A stretch of DNA of 64,000 nucleotides from Bacillota bacterium (GCA_023411375.1 JAEYOW010000050.1:27464-91463), one strand, 5' to 3'. Shown: positions 54,770-64,000, numbered from the stretch's first letter. The notes: a model not told the origin generated them from the sequence alone. Made by a program: numbers and translations.

Positions 54770-56164
54770 ATGCCCAGGCAGATGACGGCCGAGGAAAAGC
54801 TTGTTTACATGACCGAAACACCGCTGCCCAAGCTGGTGTTTACCCTTGCGGTACCCACCATTATCAGCATGCTGATCACCTCGTTTTACAACATGGCCGA
54901 CACCTATTTTGTCGGCCTGATCGGCTCGGCCAGCGCGACGGGCGCGGTTGGCGTGGTGTTTCCGCTGATGTCCATCATGCAAGCGGTTGGTTTTATGTTC
55001 GGGCACGGCTCTGGCAACCACATGTCGCGTGTGCTGGGCGCGGGCGATACCGGGGATGCTCAGCGCATGGCCGCGACCGGCTTTTTCAGCGCGTTTATCG
55101 CCGGGCTTATCATTATGCTTTTGGGCCTGCTGGCGGCCGAACCGCTGGTGTTCGCGCTCGGCTCTACCGAGACGATCGCTCCGTATGCCGGCGAATATAT
55201 CGCCTACCTGATGCCGGGCGCGCCGTTTTTGGTGGCGAGCCTCGTGCTTAACAATCAACTCCGTTTTCAAGGCAGCGCGTTTTACGCAATGATCGGCATC
55301 ACCTCCGGCGCCGTACTCAATGTCGCGCTGGACCCGCTGTTTATCTTCGTGTTTGAGATGGGCGTTGCGGGCGCTGCCCTGGCGACCAGCATCAGCCAGA
55401 TCGTAAGCTTTGTACTGCTCCTGATCGGCACGCGAAGGGGCGGCAATATCCCCATCCGCTTTAAGAGCTTTACGCCCACGACTGAAAACTTCCGCGAAAT
55501 TTTTCGCGGAGGCGTGCCATCTTTGGCGCGGCAGGGACTTGCCAGCCTGGCGACCGTGTGCCTGAACGTGGCCTCCGGCGGCTATGGCGACGCGGCGATT
55601 GCCGCCATGAGCATTGTTTCGCGCATCATGCAAATGGCGGGCTCGGCCATCATCGGATTTGGGCAGGGCTTTCAGCCCATCTGCGGCTTTAACTACGGCG
55701 CGAAGCTTTATGGACGCGTACGAAGCGCCTTTTGGTTTTGCGTGAAGGTCTGTTTTGGTATGCTGCTGGTGATCGCGGCGGTCGCCATGTTTTTTGCGCC
55801 GCAGATCGTCCGGTTGTTTTTGCAAAACGATATGCTGGTGCAGGAAATCGGCGCGCTGGCGCTGCGGCTGCAATGCCTGTTTCTTCCGCTTTTTTCCTTT
55901 GTTATTATCTCCAACATGATGCTACAGACCATGGGCATGGCGGGCAAGGCCACGCTGCTAGCTGCGTCCAGGCAGGGGCTTTTCTTCATACCGACGGTTT
56001 TTATTCTGGAAAGGTGCTTCGGGCTGCTGGGCGTGCAGATGAGCCAGACTGTTGCCGATCTGTTATCCTTTATCCTGGCGGTGCCGCTTACGTTGTCCGT
56101 GCTTAGGGAGCTTAAGCGCAGGGAAGGGGAGCCTGACGGAGCCCGAACGGAAAATTCCAAGTAA
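54770..56164 (+). CDS. MATE family efflux transporter (paralog 3)
   Basis: 12 TM helices. AAAGGAG lies before the ATG at 54770. Confidence 0.85.
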   Translation: MPRQMTAEEKLVYMTETPLPKLVFTLAVPTIISMLITSFYNMADTYFVGLIGSASATGAVGVVFPLMSIMQAVGFMFGHGSGNHMSRVLGAGDTGDAQRMAATGFFSAFIAGLIIMLLGLLAAEPLVFALGSTETIAPYAGEYIAYLMPGAPFLVASLVLNNQLRFQGSAFYAMIGITSGAVLNVALDPLFIFVFEMGVAGAALATSISQIVSFVLLLIGTRRGGNIPIRFKSFTPTTENFREIFRGGVPSLARQGLASLATVCLNVASGGYGDAAIAAMSIVSRIMQMAGSAIIGFGQGFQPICGFNYGAKLYGRVRSAFWFCVKVCFGMLLVIAAVAMFFAPQIVRLFLQNDMLVQEIGALALRLQCLFLPLFSFVIISNMMLQTMGMAGKATLLAASRQGLFFIPTVFILERCFGLLGVQMSQTVADLLSFILAVPLTLSVLRELKRREGEPDGARTENSK

Positions 56165-56193
56165 ATTTTGAGAAAATGTGATAATTCAGCAAT

Positions 56194-56219
56194 TGAAACC
56201 GCCTAACAATTGTCGCGAC
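56194..56219 (+). promoter_or_regulatory. ECF-type promoter TGAAAC-N16-CGAC (sigmaW/sigmaX-like)
   Basis: Read directly, 25 nt upstream of the second ECF sigma gene. Confidence 0.45.
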
Positions 56220-56243
56220 AAACAAGCGAAGGGGCGTAACCGA

Positions 56244-56729
56244 ATGACGAAGGAAGAAATGGGGCGGGGTGTATGGGAACACCGCGCGTCCATGATGCGG
56301 TTGGCGGTTTCGATTGTGCATAACAGTCAGGATGCGGAGGACGCCGTAAGCGAGGCCGCCGTACGCGCCATGAGTAGCGCGGATGGGCTGCGGGACGAGA
56401 GCCGGCTGAGGCAATGGCTTTTGAGCATTACGGCACACTGCTGCTACGACTGCCTGCGCAAAAAGAAGCGCGAACAGCCCACCGGTAATGTGGGCCTGTT
56501 TGATTTACCCGTTTTTGAGGCCGAGCCGGATAACCCGGTGTTTCAAAAGCTCCAAACGCTGCCCGCGTCCCTTTCTCAGGTGCTGACGCTGTACTACTAC
56601 GAGGGCTATCTGGCGCGCGAAATCGCAAAAATTCTCCGCATCCCGCTGAGCACGGTGCTCATGCGCATGAGTCGGGGCCGCCGGAAGCTAAAGGCCCTGT
56701 ACGAGGCGGAAGGGAGGGACGCGCAATGA
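56244..56729 (+). CDS. ECF (group 4) sigma-70 factor
   Basis: Region 2 ...MRLAVSIVHNSQDAEDAVSEAAVRA... and region 4 ...LPASLSQVLTLYYYEGYLAREIAKILRIPLSTVLMRMSRGRRKLK. Confidence 0.8.
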   Translation: MTKEEMGRGVWEHRASMMRLAVSIVHNSQDAEDAVSEAAVRAMSSADGLRDESRLRQWLLSITAHCCYDCLRKKKREQPTGNVGLFDLPVFEAEPDNPVFQKLQTLPASLSQVLTLYYYEGYLAREIAKILRIPLSTVLMRMSRGRRKLKALYEAEGRDAQ

Positions 56730-58624
56730 CGAACCGGGAATTTGACCGCTTTGTGCGCGTCTCCGCGCAGAAAGAGGTATTTATGTTGACCAAGCGAACG
56801 GACGACAGGCTGAAGCGTGCACTTGACGCGCTCGCGCTCAACGTGCGGATACGCAGGCTGACGGCGCGCACGGCGGCGCTGGCCCTGCTGATTGTGCTGC
56901 TGCTGACGGCGGTGGCGCTGGCTGCGGTGAATGCGCCGGGAATTTTGGATGTGCTTAGAAGTTGGAACGAGGACGACAGCGACGTGTTCAGGTCGCTAAA
57001 GGAACAGACGGCGCAGCCTCAGCACCAGGTTTATGAGCTGCCTGATGCGACGATCACCGTGACGGAGGCGATTTTTGAGGGAAACGAGCTGTATGTGACG
57101 GGGCTTGTGGAGCCAAAGCAGGGCGTTGTGATCATGAGCGAGAACTACCTGCCGACAGACCCGTTTGGCATCGATTACCATTATGGGGAGAAGGTGCCGG
57201 AGGGAACGCCAAGCTACGCCGAGGTGGCGGAGAAGGACGGCGCACGGCTGATTCAGGTCCATGCGCAGGCGCATGAGGAAAACTGCGGCGGGCTGGCCGA
57301 TTATAAGCAATACGCGGACGGCACGTTCTCCTTCATCAGCTCGTCGGAGGACGCTTCCGCGCATATCGGGGACGATGGCGCGATCACCGTTACGCTGACG
57401 GGAGCCCAGTGGGAGATGACCGCCGAAAACGCGGAAATAGACGATACCTGCGTGCGGAAAAAATGGACGTTTGGCGTACCGGCAATCGCGAAGGAGCTGC
57501 GCACGCCGGAGCCGACCGCCACGCCCCTGCCCGAGGCGCTTAGGGAAAACACGCTGGCCGTGATTGGCGATCACGAAAGCAGTGAGATCTATCGGGCGTT
57601 CCATGAGGCGGAGCCGGACGCGATCGTGGATTTGCGGCAGCGGGAATACGGGGACGACGGCGGGGAGTTGACCCTGAGCCGAATGCTGGATGGAACGCTT
57701 CAATGGGACGTTGCGTGTGTGGACGGCAACGACCCGCTGCTTGGGGAGCTTTTGAAGCGCGGAATGCTCGCGGATCTGTCCCAGAGCGGCGTTGTTTCCG
57801 AGGCCGCCTTGCGGATGTACCCGCGCGTGCGGGAACACATCCAAAGCGGCGGGGTGGTATACGCTGTGCCGGGATGGCCGGGCCAGAAATGGTATCTGTC
57901 GCCGCGAAAAGAGGCCGCGGAAAAGCTTGGCATCGAGGCCGGGGCCGACCCGGCGACGTTTGACGGGCTGCTGGATTTTATCGAGCGCTACCTGGCGCTG
58001 CCCAGGGAGGCGCGCACGGGCTATGTGATGTACGAACCCGTTTACCAGCGCATCCTGACAGAGCAGGCCGTGCGCATGCGGGTGGCGGAGTGCCAGTATC
58101 TGAATGAGCGGGTTACACTGAGCACACCTGAAATGCTCAGGCTGCTTGCGCGCATCGAACAGCTATCCGCAAGGCTGCTGGAAGCGGAGGGGACGCCGGC
58201 AGGGGCGGGCGGCACGGAGGTGTTGCTGATCGATTCGTTCATTCCCTACCGCCTGTTTGCGGATTCGCCGCTGATCGCGGAGGTTTGGAGCGATCTGTAC
58301 GTCGTCAACGCAAACAGCGTGCGCCTAGGGCAGGCGATGCGCTACGCGGAGTGCGCTATCACGGGCATGAAGGAATTGCGGATGTGGAAGATTTATCCCG
58401 TACAGGCGGAGGAGCTGAAGGAGAAAGATCGGGAGGAGCTTCAAGTTTATGCGGAGCGAATCGCGCCATACCTGTTTTATGCGCCGCCGGATCCGAGGTA
58501 CGAGCTGTGCGGGGAGGACGGGGAGACGCGCAAAAGTCTGGAAAACCGGTATTTTTCCGGCAAGATTGGGGCGGAGGAATATTTGCGGGGCCTTGACGGG
58601 CTGCTGAACCAAAAAGCGGAATAA
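56726..58624 (+). CDS. Putative cognate anti-sigma factor: short cytoplasmic N-terminus, one TM helix and a ~560-aa extracytoplasmic domain of unknown fold
   Basis: ATG overlaps the sigma stop (ATGA). TM LTARTAALALLIVLLLTAVALAAV. No ZAS motif. Gene order and topology suggest an anti-sigma factor, but there is no family-level match by eye. Confidence 0.5.
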   Translation: MTNREFDRFVRVSAQKEVFMLTKRTDDRLKRALDALALNVRIRRLTARTAALALLIVLLLTAVALAAVNAPGILDVLRSWNEDDSDVFRSLKEQTAQPQHQVYELPDATITVTEAIFEGNELYVTGLVEPKQGVVIMSENYLPTDPFGIDYHYGEKVPEGTPSYAEVAEKDGARLIQVHAQAHEENCGGLADYKQYADGTFSFISSSEDASAHIGDDGAITVTLTGAQWEMTAENAEIDDTCVRKKWTFGVPAIAKELRTPEPTATPLPEALRENTLAVIGDHESSEIYRAFHEAEPDAIVDLRQREYGDDGGELTLSRMLDGTLQWDVACVDGNDPLLGELLKRGMLADLSQSGVVSEAALRMYPRVREHIQSGGVVYAVPGWPGQKWYLSPRKEAAEKLGIEAGADPATFDGLLDFIERYLALPREARTGYVMYEPVYQRILTEQAVRMRVAECQYLNERVTLSTPEMLRLLARIEQLSARLLEAEGTPAGAGGTEVLLIDSFIPYRLFADSPLIAEVWSDLYVVNANSVRLGQAMRYAECAITGMKELRMWKIYPVQAEELKEKDREELQVYAERIAPYLFYAPPDPRYELCGEDGETRKSLENRYFSGKIGAEEYLRGLDGLLNQKAE

Positions 58625-58682
58625 TCCTCCGGTTCAAGTGCGGCGCAGCGGAATTTGAACGCGACGCGGTGGAATTCCTCGC

Positions 58683-58711
58683 TTGCGTGGAGGCGAGCAA
58701 AATGATATACT
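58683..58711 (+). promoter_or_regulatory. Putative promoter TTGCGT-17-TATACT for the GntR gene
   Basis: Read directly. Confidence 0.35.
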
Positions 58712-58809
58712 CTGGATTCAACTGGGAAATGGACGGCGCTTTCTTGGCGGCCAGCGAGGCGGCGCATGAGCGCCTTATCCCAGCAGTTGATACGAAGCGA
58801 GGAACCACC

Positions 58810-59514
58810 ATGCCACAGGAACACGGAAACGCCATGAGCAATCAGGTCTACGAGCACCTGAAAGATTTGATTTTATCGCAGCAGATCAAGCCCGGCGAGA
58901 AAATTCCCGAGGCGAAGATCGCCGCGCAGTTCGGCTTCAGCCGCACGCCCATTCGCGAAGCCATCAAGCAGCTTGCCAACGACGGCATCGTAACGCTCTA
59001 TCCCAACCGTTTTGCGGAGGTGGCCGTCTTTTCCGGAGAATGGCTCCAGGAGGTGGGCATCGTTCGCCTGGCGTTGGACACGGTTGCCGCGCGCCTTGCC
59101 ATTTTGCACGGAAGCAACTACGACTATTCCGTGATGGAAGCGTATAACGAAAGATGCCTGAGCGCCACGCGCGCCGGGGATGTGGCGCAACGCATCAAAA
59201 TGAACTGCGCTTTTCATCTGGAATTAAGCCGTATCGGCAAGAACGCGGAGCTTTACGATATGCAGAAGCGCCTGTATCTGAAGCTGGAGTTTGCGCAGGC
59301 ATGCCACTACAGCAATGTGCAGCCCGAGGAAGAGCAATACCGCCAGCACGCGGAAATGATCAGGGCGCTCTACGACCGTGATGAGGAACGGCTGATTACG
59401 CTGCTGGCAACGCATGAACATACTTTTCATAATATGGAGAAGGACCCGGCGGTTATCCGGGATATCAACCTGCTGTTTGCGCCCGTGCCGCGCGGCGGCG
59501 GTACGGACGCCTGA
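58810..59514 (+). CDS. GntR-family (FadR-like C-terminal domain) transcriptional regulator
   Basis: Winged HTH ...KIPEAKIAAQFGFSRTPIREAIKQLANDGIV... followed by an all-helical FCD-like domain. Confidence 0.85.
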   Translation: MPQEHGNAMSNQVYEHLKDLILSQQIKPGEKIPEAKIAAQFGFSRTPIREAIKQLANDGIVTLYPNRFAEVAVFSGEWLQEVGIVRLALDTVAARLAILHGSNYDYSVMEAYNERCLSATRAGDVAQRIKMNCAFHLELSRIGKNAELYDMQKRLYLKLEFAQACHYSNVQPEEEQYRQHAEMIRALYDRDEERLITLLATHEHTFHNMEKDPAVIRDINLLFAPVPRGGGTDA

Positions 59515-59530
59515 AACGACAGAGATACGA

Positions 59531-59583
59531 GCGCTTCCGGGATGGGAAGGTTTTCCTTCCATATGCCGGGAGCGTGTTTTTTT
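59531..59583 (+). terminator. Compound-hairpin intrinsic terminator after the GntR gene
   Basis: CGCTTCCGGG-[ATGGGAAGG-tttt-CCTTCCAT]-atg-CCGGGAGCG followed by TTTTTTT. Confidence 0.7.
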
Positions 59584-59647
59584 CGTTGGCTTCTTTGAAA
59601 GATGATGATATGAGTAGAAAGCCAATCATGGTTTGCTATAGAAATTT

Positions 59648-59701
59648 TGGTATACCATTTTATAAAATGGTATTGACGTAGGCTTGAATGTATGGTATGC
59701 T
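59648..59701 (+). promoter_or_regulatory. TAXI-TRAP promoter TTGACG-17-TATGCT overlapped by palindromic operators TGGTATACCA and TACCATTTTATAAAATGGTA
   Basis: Perfect 10-bp palindrome at 59648-59657 and perfect 20-bp palindrome at 59653-59672, abutting the -35 at 59673-59678. GT-N-AC cores of this kind are typical of GntR/FadR operators. Confidence 0.5.
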
Positions 59702-59746
59702 GTGCCCAAGTCCAAAACGTTTATATTACGAAGGAGTGGTTTTCAA

Positions 59747-60733
59747 ATGAAGAAATGGTTATGCCTGTCACTGTCCCTGATGCTGGCGCTGTGCGCCGCA
59801 GGTTCCGCTTTCTCTGAGGGAATTCTGAGCTTTGGCACCGGTTCGGTTGGCGGCACGGATAATGTGGTGCTGGAGGCGCTGTCCTCCGTAGTTAACAGCA
59901 AAACCGGTCTGCGCACCTCCACCGTGACCACCTCCGGCGGTGCGGAGATCATCTACCTGATTGAGTCCGGCGACGTTCAGGGGGGCTATTCCGGCACGAT
60001 TGACCTGGTAAACGCCATGAACGGCGCTGCGCCCTTCACCGAGGCAATCGGTGTGGAAAATATGCTGCAGGGTTTCGGGTTCGTGACCTGGGCGCTTCCC
60101 ATTGTGGTGCTGGACGGCTCCGACATTAAGTCATACGAGGATTTGGAGGGCAAGCATATCGGGTTCCCGCCCGCCGCTTCCAGCTCTACCGCCGTGCTCA
60201 ACCTTGTGATGGAGGCCTATGGCCTGACCGGCAAATGCACCATTGACTATTTCACCTGGTCAGAGGGTTATACCGCGCTCAAGGATGGCCGGGTGGACGC
60301 CTTTGTCGGCTCTTACGCCAACTTAAGCCCCATCTCCGGCATTGTGGAAATCGAGGCTACAAATCCCATCCGCGTGCTGAACATGTCCGAGGAGGTGGCG
60401 GCGAAGGTAAAGGAAATGAATGCCGGTGTGGGCACGGGAAAGCTCACCTCTGCTGAGTGTGCGACCATCCCAGAGGGCGAGAGCTATCTGGCCGCCGCAA
60501 ACTCCGGCGTGGTGATTCTCAGTGCGAACGTCAGCGAGGAAGACGCTTATGCTTATACCAAAGCGGCAATTGAGAATCTGGATGAGCTTAAAAACATCTC
60601 CACCTACTTTGACAAGTTCGAGGACGTCGCGGTTTCCGTGTGTGTCGAAACCATCCCCTTCCATCCCGGCGCGGCCCGTGCCCTTAAGGAAGCGGGCATG
60701 TGGGAGGACCGCTTTACCGTATACGGCGAGTAA
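59747..60733 (+). CDS. TRAP transporter solute receptor, TAXI family (lipoprotein-type signal peptide)
   Basis: MKKWLCLSLSLMLALCAAGSAF, then the TAXI-like ...GTGSVGGTDNVV... and ...KDGRVDAFVGSY.... Confidence 0.8.
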   Translation: MKKWLCLSLSLMLALCAAGSAFSEGILSFGTGSVGGTDNVVLEALSSVVNSKTGLRTSTVTTSGGAEIIYLIESGDVQGGYSGTIDLVNAMNGAAPFTEAIGVENMLQGFGFVTWALPIVVLDGSDIKSYEDLEGKHIGFPPAASSSTAVLNLVMEAYGLTGKCTIDYFTWSEGYTALKDGRVDAFVGSYANLSPISGIVEIEATNPIRVLNMSEEVAAKVKEMNAGVGTGKLTSAECATIPEGESYLAAANSGVVILSANVSEEDAYAYTKAAIENLDELKNISTYFDKFEDVAVSVCVETIPFHPGAARALKEAGMWEDRFTVYGE

Positions 60734-60843
60734 AACCGCTTGATTGCTTCAAGCATTCTTACGGCGTTCGCAAGCGTCTGAAACCACGGCGGGTGTTTCA
60801 CACAGAAACGCCCGCCGCTTTATGAAAGGTGGAACGTCTCTCC

Positions 60844-62784
60844 ATGTCCGAAACCATCGCTGTACAAGACAAGAGCAAGGTAGAACTCTGGGTGGACCGC
60901 GCGACGACCGTCATCGCTGTCGTTATGAGCGTCTATCACCTGCTTGCGGCTAATTTCACCATTTTTGCTTCGGAACAGCATATCAATCTGCATATCGCTT
61001 TTGCATTAGTCATCATCTTCCTTCAGGCCATTAAGCTGACGGATACCAAATCCAAGGTTCGCAGCGTTTTCATGATTGTTTTTTTGCTGGCGAGCATCGT
61101 AACCGCCGCCTACATTCATTTTAATTCCACGCGCTTTCAGATGGCGATTGGCCGCCAGCCGTTTGATAAGGTGTTTTCAGGCGCGGTATTTCTGGTTGTT
61201 ATTTTGATCGCCACAAAGCGCACGTGGGGCTGGGTGATTCCGATTATCGCGCTCGTGGCGCTGGCCTACGGTTACTTTGGTCCATACATGCCCGGCGTTT
61301 TCTTTCATTCCGGGCTTAGCCTGCCGCGCCTGATCACCTATGTGACCACCAACTTCACGGGCGTATACGGCATGCTTGCCTCCGTGTCAGCCAATACGAT
61401 CGTTCTGTTCACCATTTTCGGCGGGCTGATGGAGGCATTTGGGGCCATCAGCTCCATCATGAACGTCGCCATGGCGGCCAGCACCAAGATTCGCTCCGGC
61501 GGCGCTCAGGTTGCCGTGCTTTCCAGCGGATTGATCGGCTCCATTACGGGCAGCGTAGCCGCCAATATTACGCTTACGGGTGCGGTTTCCATCCCGCTGA
61601 TGAAGAAGCGCGGATACCCGCCGGAATTCGCGGCGGCCTGCGAGGCGACGGCCTCCACGGGCGGCGCGATCCTCCCGCCGGTGATGAACGCCGCGGCATT
61701 TATCATCGCATCTTGGACGGGCATTCCTTACATTTATATCGTGGCGGTGGGCGTCGCGCCCGCGCTGCTGTACTATCTGGGCATCGCCATCAGCGTGTAT
61801 ATCAAAGCGCTTAAGCTGGGCGACGAAAAGGTCAAGGGCGAGATGCTGCCGCAGTTTCACAAGGCGTTTGGCAAGCTGATGATGTTCATTGTGCCGGTAA
61901 TCGTGCTGGTGGTGCTGATGATTATGAGCTACTCGCCGCAGAAGGCTCTGTTCATCGCCATCCTGACGCTGATCGGCATGGGTCTGGCGCTCCAGCTTAT
62001 CGACCGGGAGAGCGGCGGGCCGGTGAACGCGCTCAGGGAATTTGTAAAAAAGGTGTTCGCGGGCTTTGCGTCCGGCGGCAAGACCGTGGCGGGTATCGCC
62101 GTTTGCATGGCGACCATGGGCTGCGTGGTGGAGATTTTGACGGCAACGGGCCTTCCATCGAAGATTTCGCAGTTCGCGCTTTCGTTGGCGGGGGATAATC
62201 TGTTTGTTCTGGCGCTTTTGGTGGCGGGCGTTTGCCTGATCTTCGGCATGGGTATGCCCAGCGGCTCTGCGTACATTCTGGCGGCGCTGCTTGGCGCACC
62301 GGCGCTGACCACCTTCGGCGTACCGCTGATTGTGGCGCATTTCTTCGTGTTCTACTATGCGGAGCTGAGCGCGATTACGCCGCCGGTCGCCATCGGGTGC
62401 CTGGTTGCGTCCGGGCTGGCAAAGGCCAAGTTTATGAAGACCTGCCTCATCTCCATGCGGCTTGCCATCGGCGGTTTTGTGCTGCCGTTCCTGTTCCTCT
62501 ACCGTCCGGCAATTCTATTGCAGGGGCCTTGGTACGAGACGGTTTGGGCGGTTTTGATGGTGGCGATCTTCATGTTTGCGTTCATCATCGCTGCGGAGGG
62601 TTTCTTCTTGCAGAAGATGAAGTGGCAGGAGCGCGCCTTGGCGGCGGTCAGCGCCGTATGCTTCCTGATTCCGGTTTATGTGCTTGACTTTGCGGGCATT
62701 GCGCTGTTTGCCGCGCTGCTGGCGTGGCACATCCGCAATTTCCACCGGAACAGGTCCGGCGCGTCTGTTCCACAGGAGGCCTGA
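60844..62784 (+). CDS. TRAP transporter fused 4TM/12TM permease (TAXI-associated DctQM-like)
   Basis: About 16-18 TM helices and the conserved DctM-type region ...GSITGSVAANITLTGAVSIPLMKKRGY.... Confidence 0.85.
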   Translation: MSETIAVQDKSKVELWVDRATTVIAVVMSVYHLLAANFTIFASEQHINLHIAFALVIIFLQAIKLTDTKSKVRSVFMIVFLLASIVTAAYIHFNSTRFQMAIGRQPFDKVFSGAVFLVVILIATKRTWGWVIPIIALVALAYGYFGPYMPGVFFHSGLSLPRLITYVTTNFTGVYGMLASVSANTIVLFTIFGGLMEAFGAISSIMNVAMAASTKIRSGGAQVAVLSSGLIGSITGSVAANITLTGAVSIPLMKKRGYPPEFAAACEATASTGGAILPPVMNAAAFIIASWTGIPYIYIVAVGVAPALLYYLGIAISVYIKALKLGDEKVKGEMLPQFHKAFGKLMMFIVPVIVLVVLMIMSYSPQKALFIAILTLIGMGLALQLIDRESGGPVNALREFVKKVFAGFASGGKTVAGIAVCMATMGCVVEILTATGLPSKISQFALSLAGDNLFVLALLVAGVCLIFGMGMPSGSAYILAALLGAPALTTFGVPLIVAHFFVFYYAELSAITPPVAIGCLVASGLAKAKFMKTCLISMRLAIGGFVLPFLFLYRPAILLQGPWYETVWAVLMVAIFMFAFIIAAEGFFLQKMKWQERALAAVSAVCFLIPVYVLDFAGIALFAALLAWHIRNFHRNRSGASVPQEA

Positions 62785-64000
62785 ATGAGAGCGAAACGGA
62801 TTTGCCTGATTGCAACCATGGATACCAAAGCCAAGGAAGCCCGCTTTCTGCGAAGCGAGCTGGAACGGCTCGGGCTTCTGGTTACGCTGGTGGACACCGG
62901 CATTTTGAAGGAAAGCCCGGAAGACGTTGATATTTCGCAAAGCGAGGTGTTGGGCGCGTCTTGTGGGGAAGTAAAGCGGGCCAAAACCCGCGCTGAGGCC
63001 TCCGACTATATGGGAAGGGGTCTGTGCCGGGTGGTGGACAGGCTGTACCGGCGTGGAGAGCTTGCGGCGGCCGTTTCGCTGGGCGGCTCGGGCGGCACGG
63101 CGCTGGCGAGCATGGCTATGCGAGCGCTTCCGCTGGGCGTGCCCAAGGTGATCGTTTCTACAATGGCCTCCGGTAACACGCTGCCCTATATACAGGGCGA
63201 GGATATTTTGCTGATCAACCCAGTGGTGGACATCCAGAACCTGAATTTTCTTACCCGCAACGCGCTTCGGCGCGCTGCGGGGACGGTGGCCGCGATGCTG
63301 AAAGCGCCGCTTGAGCGTGATGGGGCGAAGCGCGCCGTTGCGATCAGCGGCTTTGGCGTGACAACGCCCTGTGTGGACGCCTGCGTGGAGCGGCTGGAGC
63401 AAGAGGGATACGAGGTGCTGGTTTTTCACGCGCGGGGCATGTCCGGTGGGCGAATCATGGAAAAGATGATTGCGGAAGGCCACTTTGCGGGCGTGCTTGA
63501 TTTAACCACCAGCGAAATCGCGGACGAGGTGGCCGGAGGGATTTATGCCGTCGGCCCCGAACGGTTGAGCACGGCTGCGCGGCTGGGGATTCCATATGTG
63601 GTTACGCCGGGCGCGTTGGAGATGATCAACCTGGGCACCGAGGATACGCTGACAGAGAAGCAGCAGGGCCGCGTGCTTTACAGGCACAGCCCGTCCTCCG
63701 TTAAGATGCGCGCCAACACGGAGGAATTGCGCGCATGCGCCCGCGTCTTTGCGGACCGGCTGTCGCAGGGACAGGGCAACGTCGCCGTACTGGCCGCGAA
63801 GAAAGGCTTTTCAATGGTAAACCGTGAGGGCCAGGTGTTTTACGATCCGGAGGCGGACGCGGCGTTCCTGAGGGAGCTGACGGAGCGTATGCCCGCCCGG
63901 GTGCCCGTAACGGTTCTTGATACGCATCACAACGACGCCGCGTTTGCGGAGGCATGCGTGCAAACGCTGCTTGCGCTGATTGACGGCAAGGAAAAGGAAT
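62785..64000 (+). CDS. UPF0261 (Tm-1-like) family protein, 3' partial at the window edge
   Basis: Reading from the ATG at 62785: MRAKRICLIATMDTKAKEARFLRSELERLGLLVTLVDTGI.... SD GGAGG 5 nt upstream; the ATG overlaps the permease stop (TGAATG). Not in the ORF track because no stop is reached. Confidence 0.7.
   Translation, partial: MRAKRICLIATMDTKAKEARFLRSELERLGLLVTLVDTGILKESPEDVDISQSEVLGASCGEVKRAKTRAEASDYMGRGLCRVVDRLYRRGELAAAVSLGGSGGTALASMAMRALPLGVPKVIVSTMASGNTLPYIQGEDILLINPVVDIQNLNFLTRNALRRAAGTVAAMLKAPLERDGAKRAVAISGFGVTTPCVDACVERLEQEGYEVLVFHARGMSGGRIMEKMIAEGHFAGVLDLTTSEIADEVAGGIYAVGPERLSTAARLGIPYVVTPGALEMINLGTEDTLTEKQQGRVLYRHSPSSVKMRANTEELRACARVFADRLSQGQGNVAVLAAKKGFSMVNREGQVFYDPEADAAFLRELTERMPARVPVTVLDTHHNDAAFAEACVQTLLALIDGKEKE

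Noticed and set aside
1-64000. rRNA, tRNA, CRISPR arrays, transposase, integrase or phage genes
   Set aside because: No cloverleaf-compatible GTGGC...TTCGAATCC-type sequences were found in any intergenic gap of 100 nt or more. No direct-repeat/spacer arrays and no transposase or recombinase-like ORFs were seen. The only repeats are the intragenic tandem repeats and the single 21-bp IR.

Overview
GC-rich (about 60% by eye) Firmicutes/Clostridia-type chromosomal segment, densely coded and mostly on the + strand. All calls rest on reading the translated ORFs and the DNA by eye; no similarity search was run and the domain names are recalled from memory.

Housekeeping backbone:
- ireB-ruvX-DUF1292
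- yggS(ylmE)-sepF-yggT(ylmG)-ylmH-divIVA
- priA-def-fmt-rsmB-rlmN-stp(PP2C)-prkC(PASTA kinase)-rsgA-rpe
- gap, pckA, aspartate kinase, an iron-containing alcohol dehydrogenase and a DEAD-box helicase

Accessory and regulatory content:
- three MATE exporters, an MFS exporter behind a TetR module, and EamA, AI-2E and TSUP transporters
- two ECF sigma/anti-sigma pairs with sigmaX/sigmaW-like promoters
- a SigF/G/B-type sigma factor preceded by a degenerate Cys-rich SpoIIAB-like anti-sigma protein with no anti-anti-sigma gene
- two GGDEF proteins (one partial at the 5' edge), a flotillin, a 4xSH3b secreted protein, a PRC-barrel protein and a NAGPA-like phosphodiester glycosidase
- a GntR-TAXI-TRAP-UPF0261 locus running off the 3' edge

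Best candidates for undescribed biology:
- 7054-8949: a translationally coupled three-gene operon of two uncharacterized proteins and a DUF523/TudS-like Fe-S protein
- 6846-6905: an intergenic perfect 21-bp inverted repeat carrying an SD and ATG in both arms next to a 47-aa ORF, just upstream on the - strand of an operon (5285-6598 then 4608-5279) encoding an HxxxD acyltransferase and a zinc-ribbon polytopic membrane protein
- 17976-19118: the Cys-rich GHKL-degenerate anti-sigma/sigma pair
- 58683-64000: the GntR-controlled TAXI-TRAP-UPF0261 locus, with perfect palindromic operators overlapping its promoter

No rRNA, tRNA, CRISPR array or recognizable transposon/integrase was seen. Many long antisense ORFs in the six-frame track are GC-driven artifacts. 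Note that the track renders GTG/TTG starts as M.
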